A stretch of 64,000 nt of DNA from assembly GCF_000737315.1 (NCBI RefSeq), contig NZ_JMCB01000034.1, positions 62,001 through 126,000 of the forward strand. Direction: 5' to 3'. Numbering within the stretch: the first letter of the stretch is position 1; every line of letters starts with the position of its first letter. The translations under genes and the position numbers were made by a program. Shown piece by piece: positions 19,441 through 27,958 of this stretch. Below the pieces are notes generated by a model. It made no database searches. It saw only the letters and a list, made by a program, of their open reading frames with translations, and was not told the origin of the DNA. The DNA comes from Hyalangium minutum (GTDB taxonomy: Bacteria > Myxococcota > Myxococcia > Myxococcales > Myxococcaceae).

Positions 19441-20820
19441 CTACTCGCGGACCTTGAACGCGTCCTCGCGCATCATCGTCTCGAGGGCGGGCGTCAGCTT
19501 CGGCGCCACCAGCTCCTCCACGCGCACCGCCGGGAAGCGGACATCCAGCCCCCGGTTCAGCCGGTGGTACAGCGTGTTGGTGCCCAGCGAGTACAGCTGC
19601 AGCCCGCGCAGCGCGTAGCTGCCACCGAGCTTCGCCAGCCCCGCGTGCCCCGCGTCGAAGCGCAGCGTCAGCACGTGCGAGCCCGCGCGCAGCTGATCCG
19701 TCACCTGCGCCTCGGCCACCGCGCGCTCCATGCCCTTGCCATCCGTGGCCACCAGCGTGCCCGTCACCTCGTAGCGGTCGAGCCCCTGGCTCTCCACCAC
19801 CACGTCCACCTCCAGCGCCTCCACCCGGCCGCTCCCGTCGCGCACCAGCCGCTCACGCCCCACCGAGGCGATGCGCGCCGTTGGCACCACGTAGCCGAAC
19901 GCCGTCTGCTCCAGGCGGTCGAAGGTCTGCCCGTTGGCCACACCTGTCGCGTGCACCTCCACCATCCACGTGCCCGTCTCGTCCCGGTCCGTCATCACCC
20001 GCGACACCATGGCCCGGTACTCCTTGCCCACCTTCACCACCGGCACCGTGCGGTCCCGCTCGTAGCGCGGCGTATAGAGCGTCGCCTCCACCTTCACGCG
20101 CTCCAGCGCCACGTCCGAGCCGAGCTCCACCGCCACATAGCCCTCGGCCTCCGGAGACAGCTGCATGGCCGACGGAGTAATCGCCAGCTCGATGGACGAG
20201 GACGGCTCACGGATCTCCACGGCCAGGCCCACCTTGGCCGCCTTGGGGCCCACCTGGAGCTTGTAGAGCCCCTGCCCCATCTCGCGGTTCAGGCGCAGCA
20301 TCGAGATGGGCTTGCTGATGCCCTCGGCCTTGAGCCGGTCCGCATCCGCGCCGAGCTGCGCGCTCCCGTCCCGCGACGCCCGCACGTCCGCACGCAGGCC
20401 CCGCGCATCGAACATCGCCACATCCCGAAGCGCCTCCTCCGCCACCTTGGCATCGCTGCCCTTGGGGATGAGCATCACCCACGCGTCGTCGGGCGTGGTG
20501 ATGGGCAGCGTCAGCTGGGTGGCCGCCGAGCCCGGAGCCACGTGCAGCAGCGTGGACTTCGACCGCCGTGTCTCTGGCACAGCCGGCGCTGCCAGCGGCT
20601 CGGGCGCCGTGGGGTTGGACACCGAGACGAGGCCCGGGGCCACGCCCTCGCGCGCATCTCGCGCGAAGAGGCGGCCCGGCGCCACATCACCCGCGGCGAG
20701 CGGAGTGCTCGCGGTGCTGCGCAGCTTGGAATTCACGGCGGGCTCCGGCGTGAAACCCCCGAGGAAGGCAACCGCCAGCCCGAGGCCAGCCATCCGAACA
20801 ACGGAACGATGAGAGGTCAT
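19441..20820 (-). CDS. Exported DUF4785-like protein
   Basis: Signal peptide; beta-rich body; C-terminal 'RYEVTGTLVATD...AEAQVTDQL...LRFD...YALRGLQL' pattern recalled for DUF4785. Confidence 0.6.
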   Translation of the reverse strand: MTSHRSVVRMAGLGLAVAFLGGFTPEPAVNSKLRSTASTPLAAGDVAPGRLFARDAREGVAPGLVSVSNPTAPEPLAAPAVPETRRSKSTLLHVAPGSAATQLTLPITTPDDAWVMLIPKGSDAKVAEEALRDVAMFDARGLRADVRASRDGSAQLGADADRLKAEGISKPISMLRLNREMGQGLYKLQVGPKAAKVGLAVEIREPSSSIELAITPSAMQLSPEAEGYVAVELGSDVALERVKVEATLYTPRYERDRTVPVVKVGKEYRAMVSRVMTDRDETGTWMVEVHATGVANGQTFDRLEQTAFGYVVPTARIASVGRERLVRDGSGRVEALEVDVVVESQGLDRYEVTGTLVATDGKGMERAVAEAQVTDQLRAGSHVLTLRFDAGHAGLAKLGGSYALRGLQLYSLGTNTLYHRLNRGLDVRFPAVRVEELVAPKLTPALETMMREDAFKVRE

Positions 20821-20840
20821 GATCTGTCTCCTGTTCGGGC

Positions 20841-22217
20841 TCAGTGAAGGGCCCGGACGACGGTGTAGTTATGAACACCCCAATAGGTGTCGTAGGCGAG
20901 AGCCCCGCACCAGTTGGAGCCGCCCGGCGGCGCCTGCACGCAGTCATTGGCGCCGGTGGAGCCGGTGGTGGCATCGAAGCCGTACTTGGCCACCAGGCAC
21001 GCGTCGCAGATACCATCGCCATGCCACGAGTCGGGGCATACCGTGCTGTACGTTGGATAGTTGGCGGGGTTCAGGTAGGGGTTCCAGCTGGCCGTGCTGG
21101 GAACCTTGTAGCTGCTCGCGTACCCGTAGGCGATGAGGCAGTCAGGCTCGGGGTAGCCGTTGGTGAGCATGCTGCTCGAGCACCCGTACTTCCACACGGT
21201 GTGGTTCGTCATGAAGTCCGTGGCGTAGCCCGAGTAGTAGTTGTTGCAGGCCTGCCCCGCGGCCGCCACGTTGGTCTCGGGGGCGTAGGTCTGGTTGCCC
21301 GGAGCGGGGATGGGCGCGCTGGCCACCTTCTGGCCGACGAGGTAGCCGCTGTTGTGGCAGCCCCGGCGCGACTGGTGGTGGTTGAGGCGCGCGTCGTCGA
21401 TGATGATGTTGCCGAAGTAGCCCGAGCTGTCGGCGCCGATGAAGCCGTCCGTGGCCGCGCTGAAACTGCCCCAGCCGAGCAGCGCCGCCGCCTTCAGGCC
21501 GATGCTGTAAAGGTAGCCGCCGCAGTGCGCATCGCTCGAGAAGAGGTTGGCGTAGACGGCCTTGCCGCGCACCACCGAGATGGGCTTGCCGCCCACCGTC
21601 GTCGCCCCTGCGCCACCCGCGAAGGTGCCGTTGGAGTTGTAGACGGACATGTTGTCCAAGCGCTGCTGCACCACGGCTGGGTTGTTGTAGCTGCCGCCAC
21701 CGAAGAACTCGACGACGCTGTTGGCGATGTTGAGGAACGAGCCGCTCGTCGTCACCTGGTTGGCCAGCGGCGTGCCCTTCAGATCAGGCGCCGAGAAGAT
21801 GACCTGCGAGATGCGGCTCGTCACCGAGTCGACCGTGTTGCCGTTGGGGCTCACCGCGCCGGTGTGGCCCAGCATGTAGCGGATGGGGCTCGAGCCGTTC
21901 GAGTGGGTGATGACCGTAAAGCTGGTGATGTTGTTGGCGTTCATCCACGGGACGATCTGATCGACGATCGGCCCCCAGCTACACTGGCTGAAGCCCGCGC
22001 ACGTGGCGCCGGGATAGCCGATGATGAGATAGGGCCGGCCGTTACGCATGGTGTCGATGGCGGACTGCGTCCAGTAGCCGCTCGTTGCCGAGCCGACGCT
22101 CTGATCACCTGTGCCGTGAACGAAGACCACTCCGACGGCGGCTTGAGCACCGCTCGCGCCGAGCAACACGGCGCAGAGCGCGGCTTGAAGCCACCCTGTC
22201 CTGGAATGCATGTGCAT
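20841..22217 (-). CDS. Secreted alpha/beta-hydrolase (lipase-like) with Cys-rich C-terminal domain
   Basis: Signal peptide (GAQA-A), VVFVHGTG oxyanion motif, THSNG nucleophile elbow, C-terminal Cys-rich region. Confidence 0.7.
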   Translation of the reverse strand: MHMHSRTGWLQAALCAVLLGASGAQAAVGVVFVHGTGDQSVGSATSGYWTQSAIDTMRNGRPYLIIGYPGATCAGFSQCSWGPIVDQIVPWMNANNITSFTVITHSNGSSPIRYMLGHTGAVSPNGNTVDSVTSRISQVIFSAPDLKGTPLANQVTTSGSFLNIANSVVEFFGGGSYNNPAVVQQRLDNMSVYNSNGTFAGGAGATTVGGKPISVVRGKAVYANLFSSDAHCGGYLYSIGLKAAALLGWGSFSAATDGFIGADSSGYFGNIIIDDARLNHHQSRRGCHNSGYLVGQKVASAPIPAPGNQTYAPETNVAAAGQACNNYYSGYATDFMTNHTVWKYGCSSSMLTNGYPEPDCLIAYGYASSYKVPSTASWNPYLNPANYPTYSTVCPDSWHGDGICDACLVAKYGFDATTGSTGANDCVQAPPGGSNWCGALAYDTYWGVHNYTVVRALH

Positions 22218-22385
22218 GGAAACCTCCGGAGGCCGAGGGCTCGGCCTCACGCAGTGGGGGCGTGCAACGTACCGGGCCCTCCCGGAAACTGGCAAAAGCA
22301 ACTTAGCGGGATTTTCATGTCGCGCTGCGGCAAGCAGCCACCCGCGCAGGGCGCGGCTCGCGTTACACTGTGTTGAGTCCCCCAC

Positions 22386-23447
22386 ATGGATCGTTCCTCA
22401 CTCATCCAAGGCTCTCCCGAAGTCCTCTCGTTCCGGCACCTGCTCACCGACGCCGTCCAGGGGGTGCTCCGAGAGACTGGGCTGGGCGGCGCGGACATGG
22501 CGGACGCGCTCGGGGAGCTCATTGTCACCCTCTCCCGCTACCGCGAGGAGGGAGAGCCGCTGTTCCCCATGGTCTTCCTCGGCGATGACCTGGGCCCCAT
22601 GCTCAAGATGCTCGGCGGCGAGGGCCCCATTGCCATTGGCTCGGGCCCTCGGACGAAGGAGACCATCCAGCGCGCGCTCAAGCAGTGCGCACCGCTCGGC
22701 CAGGGGCGATGGTGGGCGCTGTACCTGTGGCTGGTGCCCGAGGGGCTCTCGTACGGCATCTTCCGGACGGATCCCTTCCCTCTTCTGGAGACGCCCTTCG
22801 AGCGAATGAGCCGCAACGCGGACCGCTCGCTGCACGTGGTGGGCCTGCTGCAGCTGGCCGAGAACGTCATCGAGCTTCGCGGAGCGACGGGCCTGCACAA
22901 GCACATCTACCTCTCGGGCGCCCGGGTGGATCCCGTCACGCCGACAGCCACGCTCGACGAGCTGGCCCAGGCCGTCACGGAGGATGTGCCCGCGGAGCTG
23001 CGCAACGCGGCCCGGGACTTCTACCGCCATGTCCTCTTCGAGGTGATCCAGTCCTCGCACGGCACGCTCGTCGCGGTGCTCCCCAAGGCGCGCGGCAGCT
23101 CGAGCCTCTTCGTGGACGGCCTCCTGCTGCCCGAGCCACTCGACACCATCGCCCCCATTGCCCGCTTCCTGGCGGGCTCGGAGACCGAGGCCGGCACGGT
23201 GCGCTCCATGGCGCAGCTGCTGCGCGGGATGATGTCCACGGATGGCATCACCGTGCTGCGCTCGGACGGGTGCATCGTCGGCTACAACGTCTTCGCCCGG
23301 CACCCAGAGACGCTCTCGCGCACCCCACAGCATACGGGTGGCGCACGGCGTCGCACCTTCGACGTGCTGTGCGGCGCCGTGGGCAGAGACTTGGCCGCGG
23401 CCTTCTTCCGCTCCCAGGATGGCGCCATGGCCTGCCGCCGCGGCTGA
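22386..23447 (+). CDS. Cytoplasmic protein with degenerate DisA_N/DAC-like C-terminal domain
   Basis: C-terminal 'STDGITVL...GGARRRT...AAFFRSQDG' parallels DAC 'DGA...GxRHR...SQ/EDG'. Confidence 0.5.
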   Translation: MDRSSLIQGSPEVLSFRHLLTDAVQGVLRETGLGGADMADALGELIVTLSRYREEGEPLFPMVFLGDDLGPMLKMLGGEGPIAIGSGPRTKETIQRALKQCAPLGQGRWWALYLWLVPEGLSYGIFRTDPFPLLETPFERMSRNADRSLHVVGLLQLAENVIELRGATGLHKHIYLSGARVDPVTPTATLDELAQAVTEDVPAELRNAARDFYRHVLFEVIQSSHGTLVAVLPKARGSSSLFVDGLLLPEPLDTIAPIARFLAGSETEAGTVRSMAQLLRGMMSTDGITVLRSDGCIVGYNVFARHPETLSRTPQHTGGARRRTFDVLCGAVGRDLAAAFFRSQDGAMACRRG

Positions 23448-23480
23448 GCGACCGTCTTGGCTTCCGGGGAAGTTCCGGAG

Positions 23481-24473
23481 TCAGTCCCCTCCCATCCCTG
23501 CACTTGGGAACTCCTCATCCAGAACTCCCGCGCCTGGGAATCCCCCCTCCAGGATTTCTCCATCGCCTGAGGTTCCCGCGTCGAAGAGAAACGTGCCGCC
23601 GTCGGCATAGAGCGGAGGCTTCACGGCCCCACCGAGGACCTCTTGCATGGTCAGCACGACCGTTCCCCGGGAGGCGCGCGGCGCCAGCCAGGCGAGAAAA
23701 GACTCCAGCAACGGCTCGGAGATTGTGTAGGTGTCGCACTCATCGCAAATGTCGTGCAGCGAGATCAGCACCCAGCCGCCTCCCGCTGCCTCCGCCTGGA
23801 GCACGAGTTCCTGCAGATCCCTGAGTGTCCAATCGCTCTTGATCGAAGGAGGGCTTCGGATGCGAAACCCATCCAGCGGTGGAATCGTCTCGACAGGGGG
23901 ACAAGTCGCGCAACTATGGGGGTTGCGGAGCCCCCCGGTGGATTGGGCATTGGTGAAGTTGCAGTCGATGAGGACCTGCCTCGCCGCCGGCGTGTCCTCG
24001 CCGAAGGGATAGGAGAAGGAACTCACCTGAAGCCCCATCGCCATCAGGTTCGCCCGGTCATCGCAGATCTGGTGCCGGGCCTCCTCCAGAGACACGCGCT
24101 CCAGATTCACATGGTCAATGGTGTGGCTGGCCATCTCGTGCCCCGCGGCGGCCAGCGTTCGCACGTCCGCCAAGGAGAGATAGCCGCTGCCGTGGCCGAT
24201 GCGCCCGCTCGAGAGGTAGAAGGTCGAGTGCATCCCGTACCGCGCGAAGAGGGGCCCTACCCGAGTCTGGCTCTTCTTGGTATCCGCGAAGGAGAAGGTG
24301 ATGACCGTGACACCGGGAGGAATCACCTCAGCCGAGGCCGTGCCTGGGGACTTCGCGAACTGCGGCCCGCCGGGCGGATCGGCTCTCAGGACACCTACGC
24401 CGAGCACCAACCACAGCAGAGCGCAAATGGGCCCTGACAGCAGCCTCCGCCAGTTCGAAGCGCATGCTCGCAT
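23481..24473 (-). CDS. Polysaccharide deacetylase (CE4/NodB) family protein
   Basis: HEMASHTIDH metal motif, FSYPFG, LHDI; motif 1 reads SFAD instead of TFDD. Confidence 0.85.
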   Translation of the reverse strand: MRACASNWRRLLSGPICALLWLVLGVGVLRADPPGGPQFAKSPGTASAEVIPPGVTVITFSFADTKKSQTRVGPLFARYGMHSTFYLSSGRIGHGSGYLSLADVRTLAAAGHEMASHTIDHVNLERVSLEEARHQICDDRANLMAMGLQVSSFSYPFGEDTPAARQVLIDCNFTNAQSTGGLRNPHSCATCPPVETIPPLDGFRIRSPPSIKSDWTLRDLQELVLQAEAAGGGWVLISLHDICDECDTYTISEPLLESFLAWLAPRASRGTVVLTMQEVLGGAVKPPLYADGGTFLFDAGTSGDGEILEGGFPGAGVLDEEFPSAGMGGD

Positions 24474-24675
24474 GAGCCGCACGGTGAGGCCGCCGACCCA
24501 GTGCAACAATGACCCGAGCGGGCATCCCAATGCTTGCCGCACCTCAGTCCCGAAGGCCTCGCCTGGACTTATCGCCTGTCCGCCAGGAGAGCAGCCGAGC
24601 CGCTTCCCACAAGCGCAGGGAGTCGCGTGGCCCTCCCTCCATTGCGTCCCCTCCAATCCGCGTTACCTCAAAGAC

Positions 24676-24870
24676 ATGACCGAAGTGCACACACCCACGC
24701 GGGACTACACGATTCCAGAGGGTTGCCCGGCCTGTGGCGCGGACCTGCCGGTGCGCGTCAGCGCGGCGGGCCCGAGCGGAGTCTGCAAGCACTGCGGCTG
24801 GATGGGCCGCCCGCTCATCACCGTCACGCATGGGGGGTTGCGCGTCCACTCCGCGAGCGCCCAGGCCTGA
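24676..24870 (+). CDS. Small zinc-ribbon protein (64 aa)
   Basis: CPAC...CKHC pairs in MTEVHTPTRDYTIPEGCPACGADLPVRVSAAGPSGVCKHCGW. Confidence 0.6.
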   Translation: MTEVHTPTRDYTIPEGCPACGADLPVRVSAAGPSGVCKHCGWMGRPLITVTHGGLRVHSASAQA

Positions 24871-25026
24871 GGTGGCGCGCGCGCCCAGTCAAGCCCATCC
24901 TCCTGGGAGATGAAGGCCCCTTTCCCCGGGGACCGCCTCGGGGGAGGAACACCTGCGGAGGGGGCGCCTTCCTGCTCCCTAGGGCATGCCTGGGGGGGCA
25001 GCCCCTCGGCTCACCTTGCGCTGCCC

Positions 25027-27114
25027 ATGAAGGAGCCGCCCAGCCCTCTGGAGTTCCAGGACCTGGCCTCGCTCCTCGAGGTTGCGGAGGGGCAGGAGCA
25101 GGCCGACGCCGAGCACGTCTGCCCTGAGCTGAGCCAGATCCTCGAGTCCGTCTTCTCCAGCATGGCCGAAGCCGTGGTGGTGGCGGACGAGTGCGGACGC
25201 ACGGCGCTCCTCAACCCTGCGGCGGAGCAGTTCCTGGGGCAGGCGGCCATCGGGGTTCCTCTGGCTCAATGGCCGGAGCACTACGGGCTCTACCTGCCGG
25301 ATCAAGTCACCTTGTACCCAGCGGAGGAGCTGCCGCTCGCTCGGGCCATCCGAGGCGAGGCTGTCGACAGGGTGGAGATCTTCCTGAGATCGGCCCTGAA
25401 GCCCTCGGGGGCCTGGGTGCTCGTGACTACCCGCCCGCTCCGGGACAAGGCCGGCAAGGTGCTCGGTGGCGTGGCCGTCTTCAACGAAGTCACGGGCACC
25501 CGGAAGGCGGAGGAGGCGCTGCGCAAGAGCCAAGAGGAGTACCGCTCCCTCTACAGCAGCACCCCTGTGATGATGCACTCCATCGACCAGGAGGGGCGGC
25601 TCCTCAGCGTGAGCGACTTTTGGCTGGAGAAGCTCGGCTACGAGCGCTCGGAGGTGCTCGGCCGCAAGTCCGTGGAGTTCCTGACGCCCGAGTCCCGCAA
25701 GTATGCCCTGGAGGTGGTCCTCCCTCGGTACTTCCAGACGGGAAAGTGCCAGGACGTCCCATACCGGGTCGTGAAGAAGGACGGCGGGGAGATCGACATC
25801 CTGCTGTCCGCCATCGCGGAGCGGGATGCGCAGGGAGCCATCGTCCGCTCCCTGGCCGTGATCATCGACGTGACCGAGCGCAAGCGGAGGGAGATGGCGC
25901 AGCGTCTCCTGGATGAGGCCAGCCGCGAGCTGGTCACCTCCCTTGACGATGAGGCCACGCTCCAGCGCGTCGCGGCGTTGGCGGTCCCGACCGTGGCGGA
26001 TCTGTGTGTCATCGCGCTGCAAGCGGGGGACACCTCTCTGCGGCCCGTGGCGATCGCCGACGTCTCCGAAGCGCGGGCCCGCTGCTTGCGCGAGTTCCTC
26101 CAGTTCCATCCTCCCCCAGCGGATGCGCTCTTGTGCCCCGCCCAGCGGTGCATGGGCGAGCCCTCGATCGGGATAGGGGGAATTGGCTTGCTGCGCCACG
26201 TGGATGAGGCCGATAGGCCCTGGGAGGAGCTGAGGACACTCCGGGGGCATCGGTGCCTCCACGTGCCGCTCTACGCGCGGGGCCGCTGCCTGGGCGTGCT
26301 GTGCCTGGCCTCCGCGCGGTGGTGCGACACGGACGCTCCGGCGGATCTGGCCCTCGCGAAGGAGCTGGGGTGTCGGGTGGCCTTCACGCTCGACAACGCG
26401 CAGCTCTACCGGAAGGCCCAAGAGTCCATCCGGGCCCGGGACGAGTTCTTGTCCATCGCCTCGCACGAGCTGAAGACTCCGCTCACCTCCATGAAGCTGC
26501 GCGTGCAGCAACTGGAGCGCGCGCTCGCGCAGCAGCCCCCGGACTCCCGGCTTGCCGCGAGGCTCTCGGACATGCTTCCCATCTTCCAGGGCCAGATGCG
26601 GCGGCTGGCGGACCTGGTGGAGAACCTCCTGGATGTCTCGCGTATCAACGAGAGCCGGCTGGACCTGCACCTGGAGCCAACGGACCTGGCGGCGCTGGCC
26701 CGGCTCGTCGCGGATCACCTCCGGGAGCAGCTCGACAGGAGCGGCTGCAAGCTCGAGTTGGAGGCGAAAGAGCCGGTGTCGGGGGAGTGGGATCGCCTTC
26801 GCCTGGAGCAGGTCATGCTCAACCTGCTGACGAACGCGATGAAGTACGGGGCAGGCAGGCCCATCCGGCTGACGAGCACGCTCCAGGACGGGAGGGCGCT
26901 GCTGCGCGTCTCGGACGGGGGGATTGGCATCTCGCACGAAGCGCAGCGGCGGATCTTCGAGCGCTTCGAGCGAGCCGCCTCCCACAACTACGGAGGGCTG
27001 GGCCTGGGGCTCTTCATCACGCGGCAAATCGTCGAGGCGCACCACGGCAAGATCTGGGTCGAGAGCGAGCCGGGAAGAGGGGCCACCTTCTTCGTCGAGC
27101 TGCCTCTCAGCTAG
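25027..27114 (+). CDS. Cytoplasmic sensor histidine kinase (PAS-PAS-GAF-HisKA-HATPase)
   Basis: SHELKTPL, NLLTNAMKY, DGGIGI, GLGLGL, GATF; two PAS-like segments and a GAF. No adjacent response regulator. Confidence 0.93.
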   Translation: MKEPPSPLEFQDLASLLEVAEGQEQADAEHVCPELSQILESVFSSMAEAVVVADECGRTALLNPAAEQFLGQAAIGVPLAQWPEHYGLYLPDQVTLYPAEELPLARAIRGEAVDRVEIFLRSALKPSGAWVLVTTRPLRDKAGKVLGGVAVFNEVTGTRKAEEALRKSQEEYRSLYSSTPVMMHSIDQEGRLLSVSDFWLEKLGYERSEVLGRKSVEFLTPESRKYALEVVLPRYFQTGKCQDVPYRVVKKDGGEIDILLSAIAERDAQGAIVRSLAVIIDVTERKRREMAQRLLDEASRELVTSLDDEATLQRVAALAVPTVADLCVIALQAGDTSLRPVAIADVSEARARCLREFLQFHPPPADALLCPAQRCMGEPSIGIGGIGLLRHVDEADRPWEELRTLRGHRCLHVPLYARGRCLGVLCLASARWCDTDAPADLALAKELGCRVAFTLDNAQLYRKAQESIRARDEFLSIASHELKTPLTSMKLRVQQLERALAQQPPDSRLAARLSDMLPIFQGQMRRLADLVENLLDVSRINESRLDLHLEPTDLAALARLVADHLREQLDRSGCKLELEAKEPVSGEWDRLRLEQVMLNLLTNAMKYGAGRPIRLTSTLQDGRALLRVSDGGIGISHEAQRRIFERFERAASHNYGGLGLGLFITRQIVEAHHGKIWVESEPGRGATFFVELPLS

Positions 27115-27169
27115 ACTCCCACCCTAGCGAGCCTGCTGACGGAGGCCTTTCCCAAGCGGTGAAGGTTGC

Positions 27170-27436
27170 ATGAGGTCCACTCGACATCATCTGCGGCAAA
27201 TCTGCCTGCCGACGCTAGCGCTTGGACTGGCCTGCACGAGTCCCCGGAAATACTTCGTGCATAGTGAACTGCCGAGATTGGAGAGCCATGCCAAGTTGGT
27301 AGTGGCTCCGGGCCCTTGGCAGCACGACGAGGTGCCCGTCGTTCTCACGAGTTCGGATGGAGTCCCTGATGACCTGCCATCCCTCCTCCGAAATGCTCTC
27401 CCGAAGTCCTATGAGTGCGTCGTAACCCGTTGGTGA
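27170..27436 (+). pseudogene. Short or truncated lipoprotein-like ORF
   Basis: 88 aa with lipobox-like LALGLAC; codon usage visibly less GC3-biased than flanks; ends 4 nt before the next gene. Confidence 0.3.
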
Positions 27437-27440
27437 CAGC

Positions 27441-27908
27441 ATGCTGAAGCCGCACTACCTCATCCTGCTCGTCTCTCTCATGGCGGACGGGGGGACTTCG
27501 ACGCCAGCGCCGGATGCGGGCATCGTCACGCCTCCGCCCGACCGCCCTCCCCCAAGCGTCGATGCAGGCACGCCTGGGCCTCCCCCCGAGACGGCCAATG
27601 CGATTCGCTGGCCGAAGGATCTTCGTCCTTTGGCCACGCTGGACGGACCTGCAGTGCTGGCGGCCCATGCTGCGCTTCAACAGGTGCTCTCACGCGCTCC
27701 CAAGGAATATGCGAGTACCTGCGAATACTCGGCCAAAGGCATGGAGGTCATCGTCGGCGAAGAGGGAGGGCTATATTTTGTCCGCATCAACCGGCGAGCG
27801 GACAAGTGCGGCTGGAACAAAGGCGCGAATCTCGGATTCGATTGGCTCGAGTTGTACGCCGTATCGCCCGATGGGCGCGTCCTCGCACGCTACCCCTACA
27901 TGCCGTAG
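27441..27908 (+). CDS. Exported hypothetical protein with Pro-rich 'DGG/DAG' linker
   Basis: Signal peptide, DGGTSTPAPDAG linker, two Cys, C-terminal 'ELYAVSPDGRVLARYP'. Confidence 0.65.
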   Translation: MLKPHYLILLVSLMADGGTSTPAPDAGIVTPPPDRPPPSVDAGTPGPPPETANAIRWPKDLRPLATLDGPAVLAAHAALQQVLSRAPKEYASTCEYSAKGMEVIVGEEGGLYFVRINRRADKCGWNKGANLGFDWLELYAVSPDGRVLARYPYMP

Positions 27909-27958
27909 ACCCATTCAACCACTGATAGCCCCAGCGATGGCTTCAGCTTGAACAGTGC

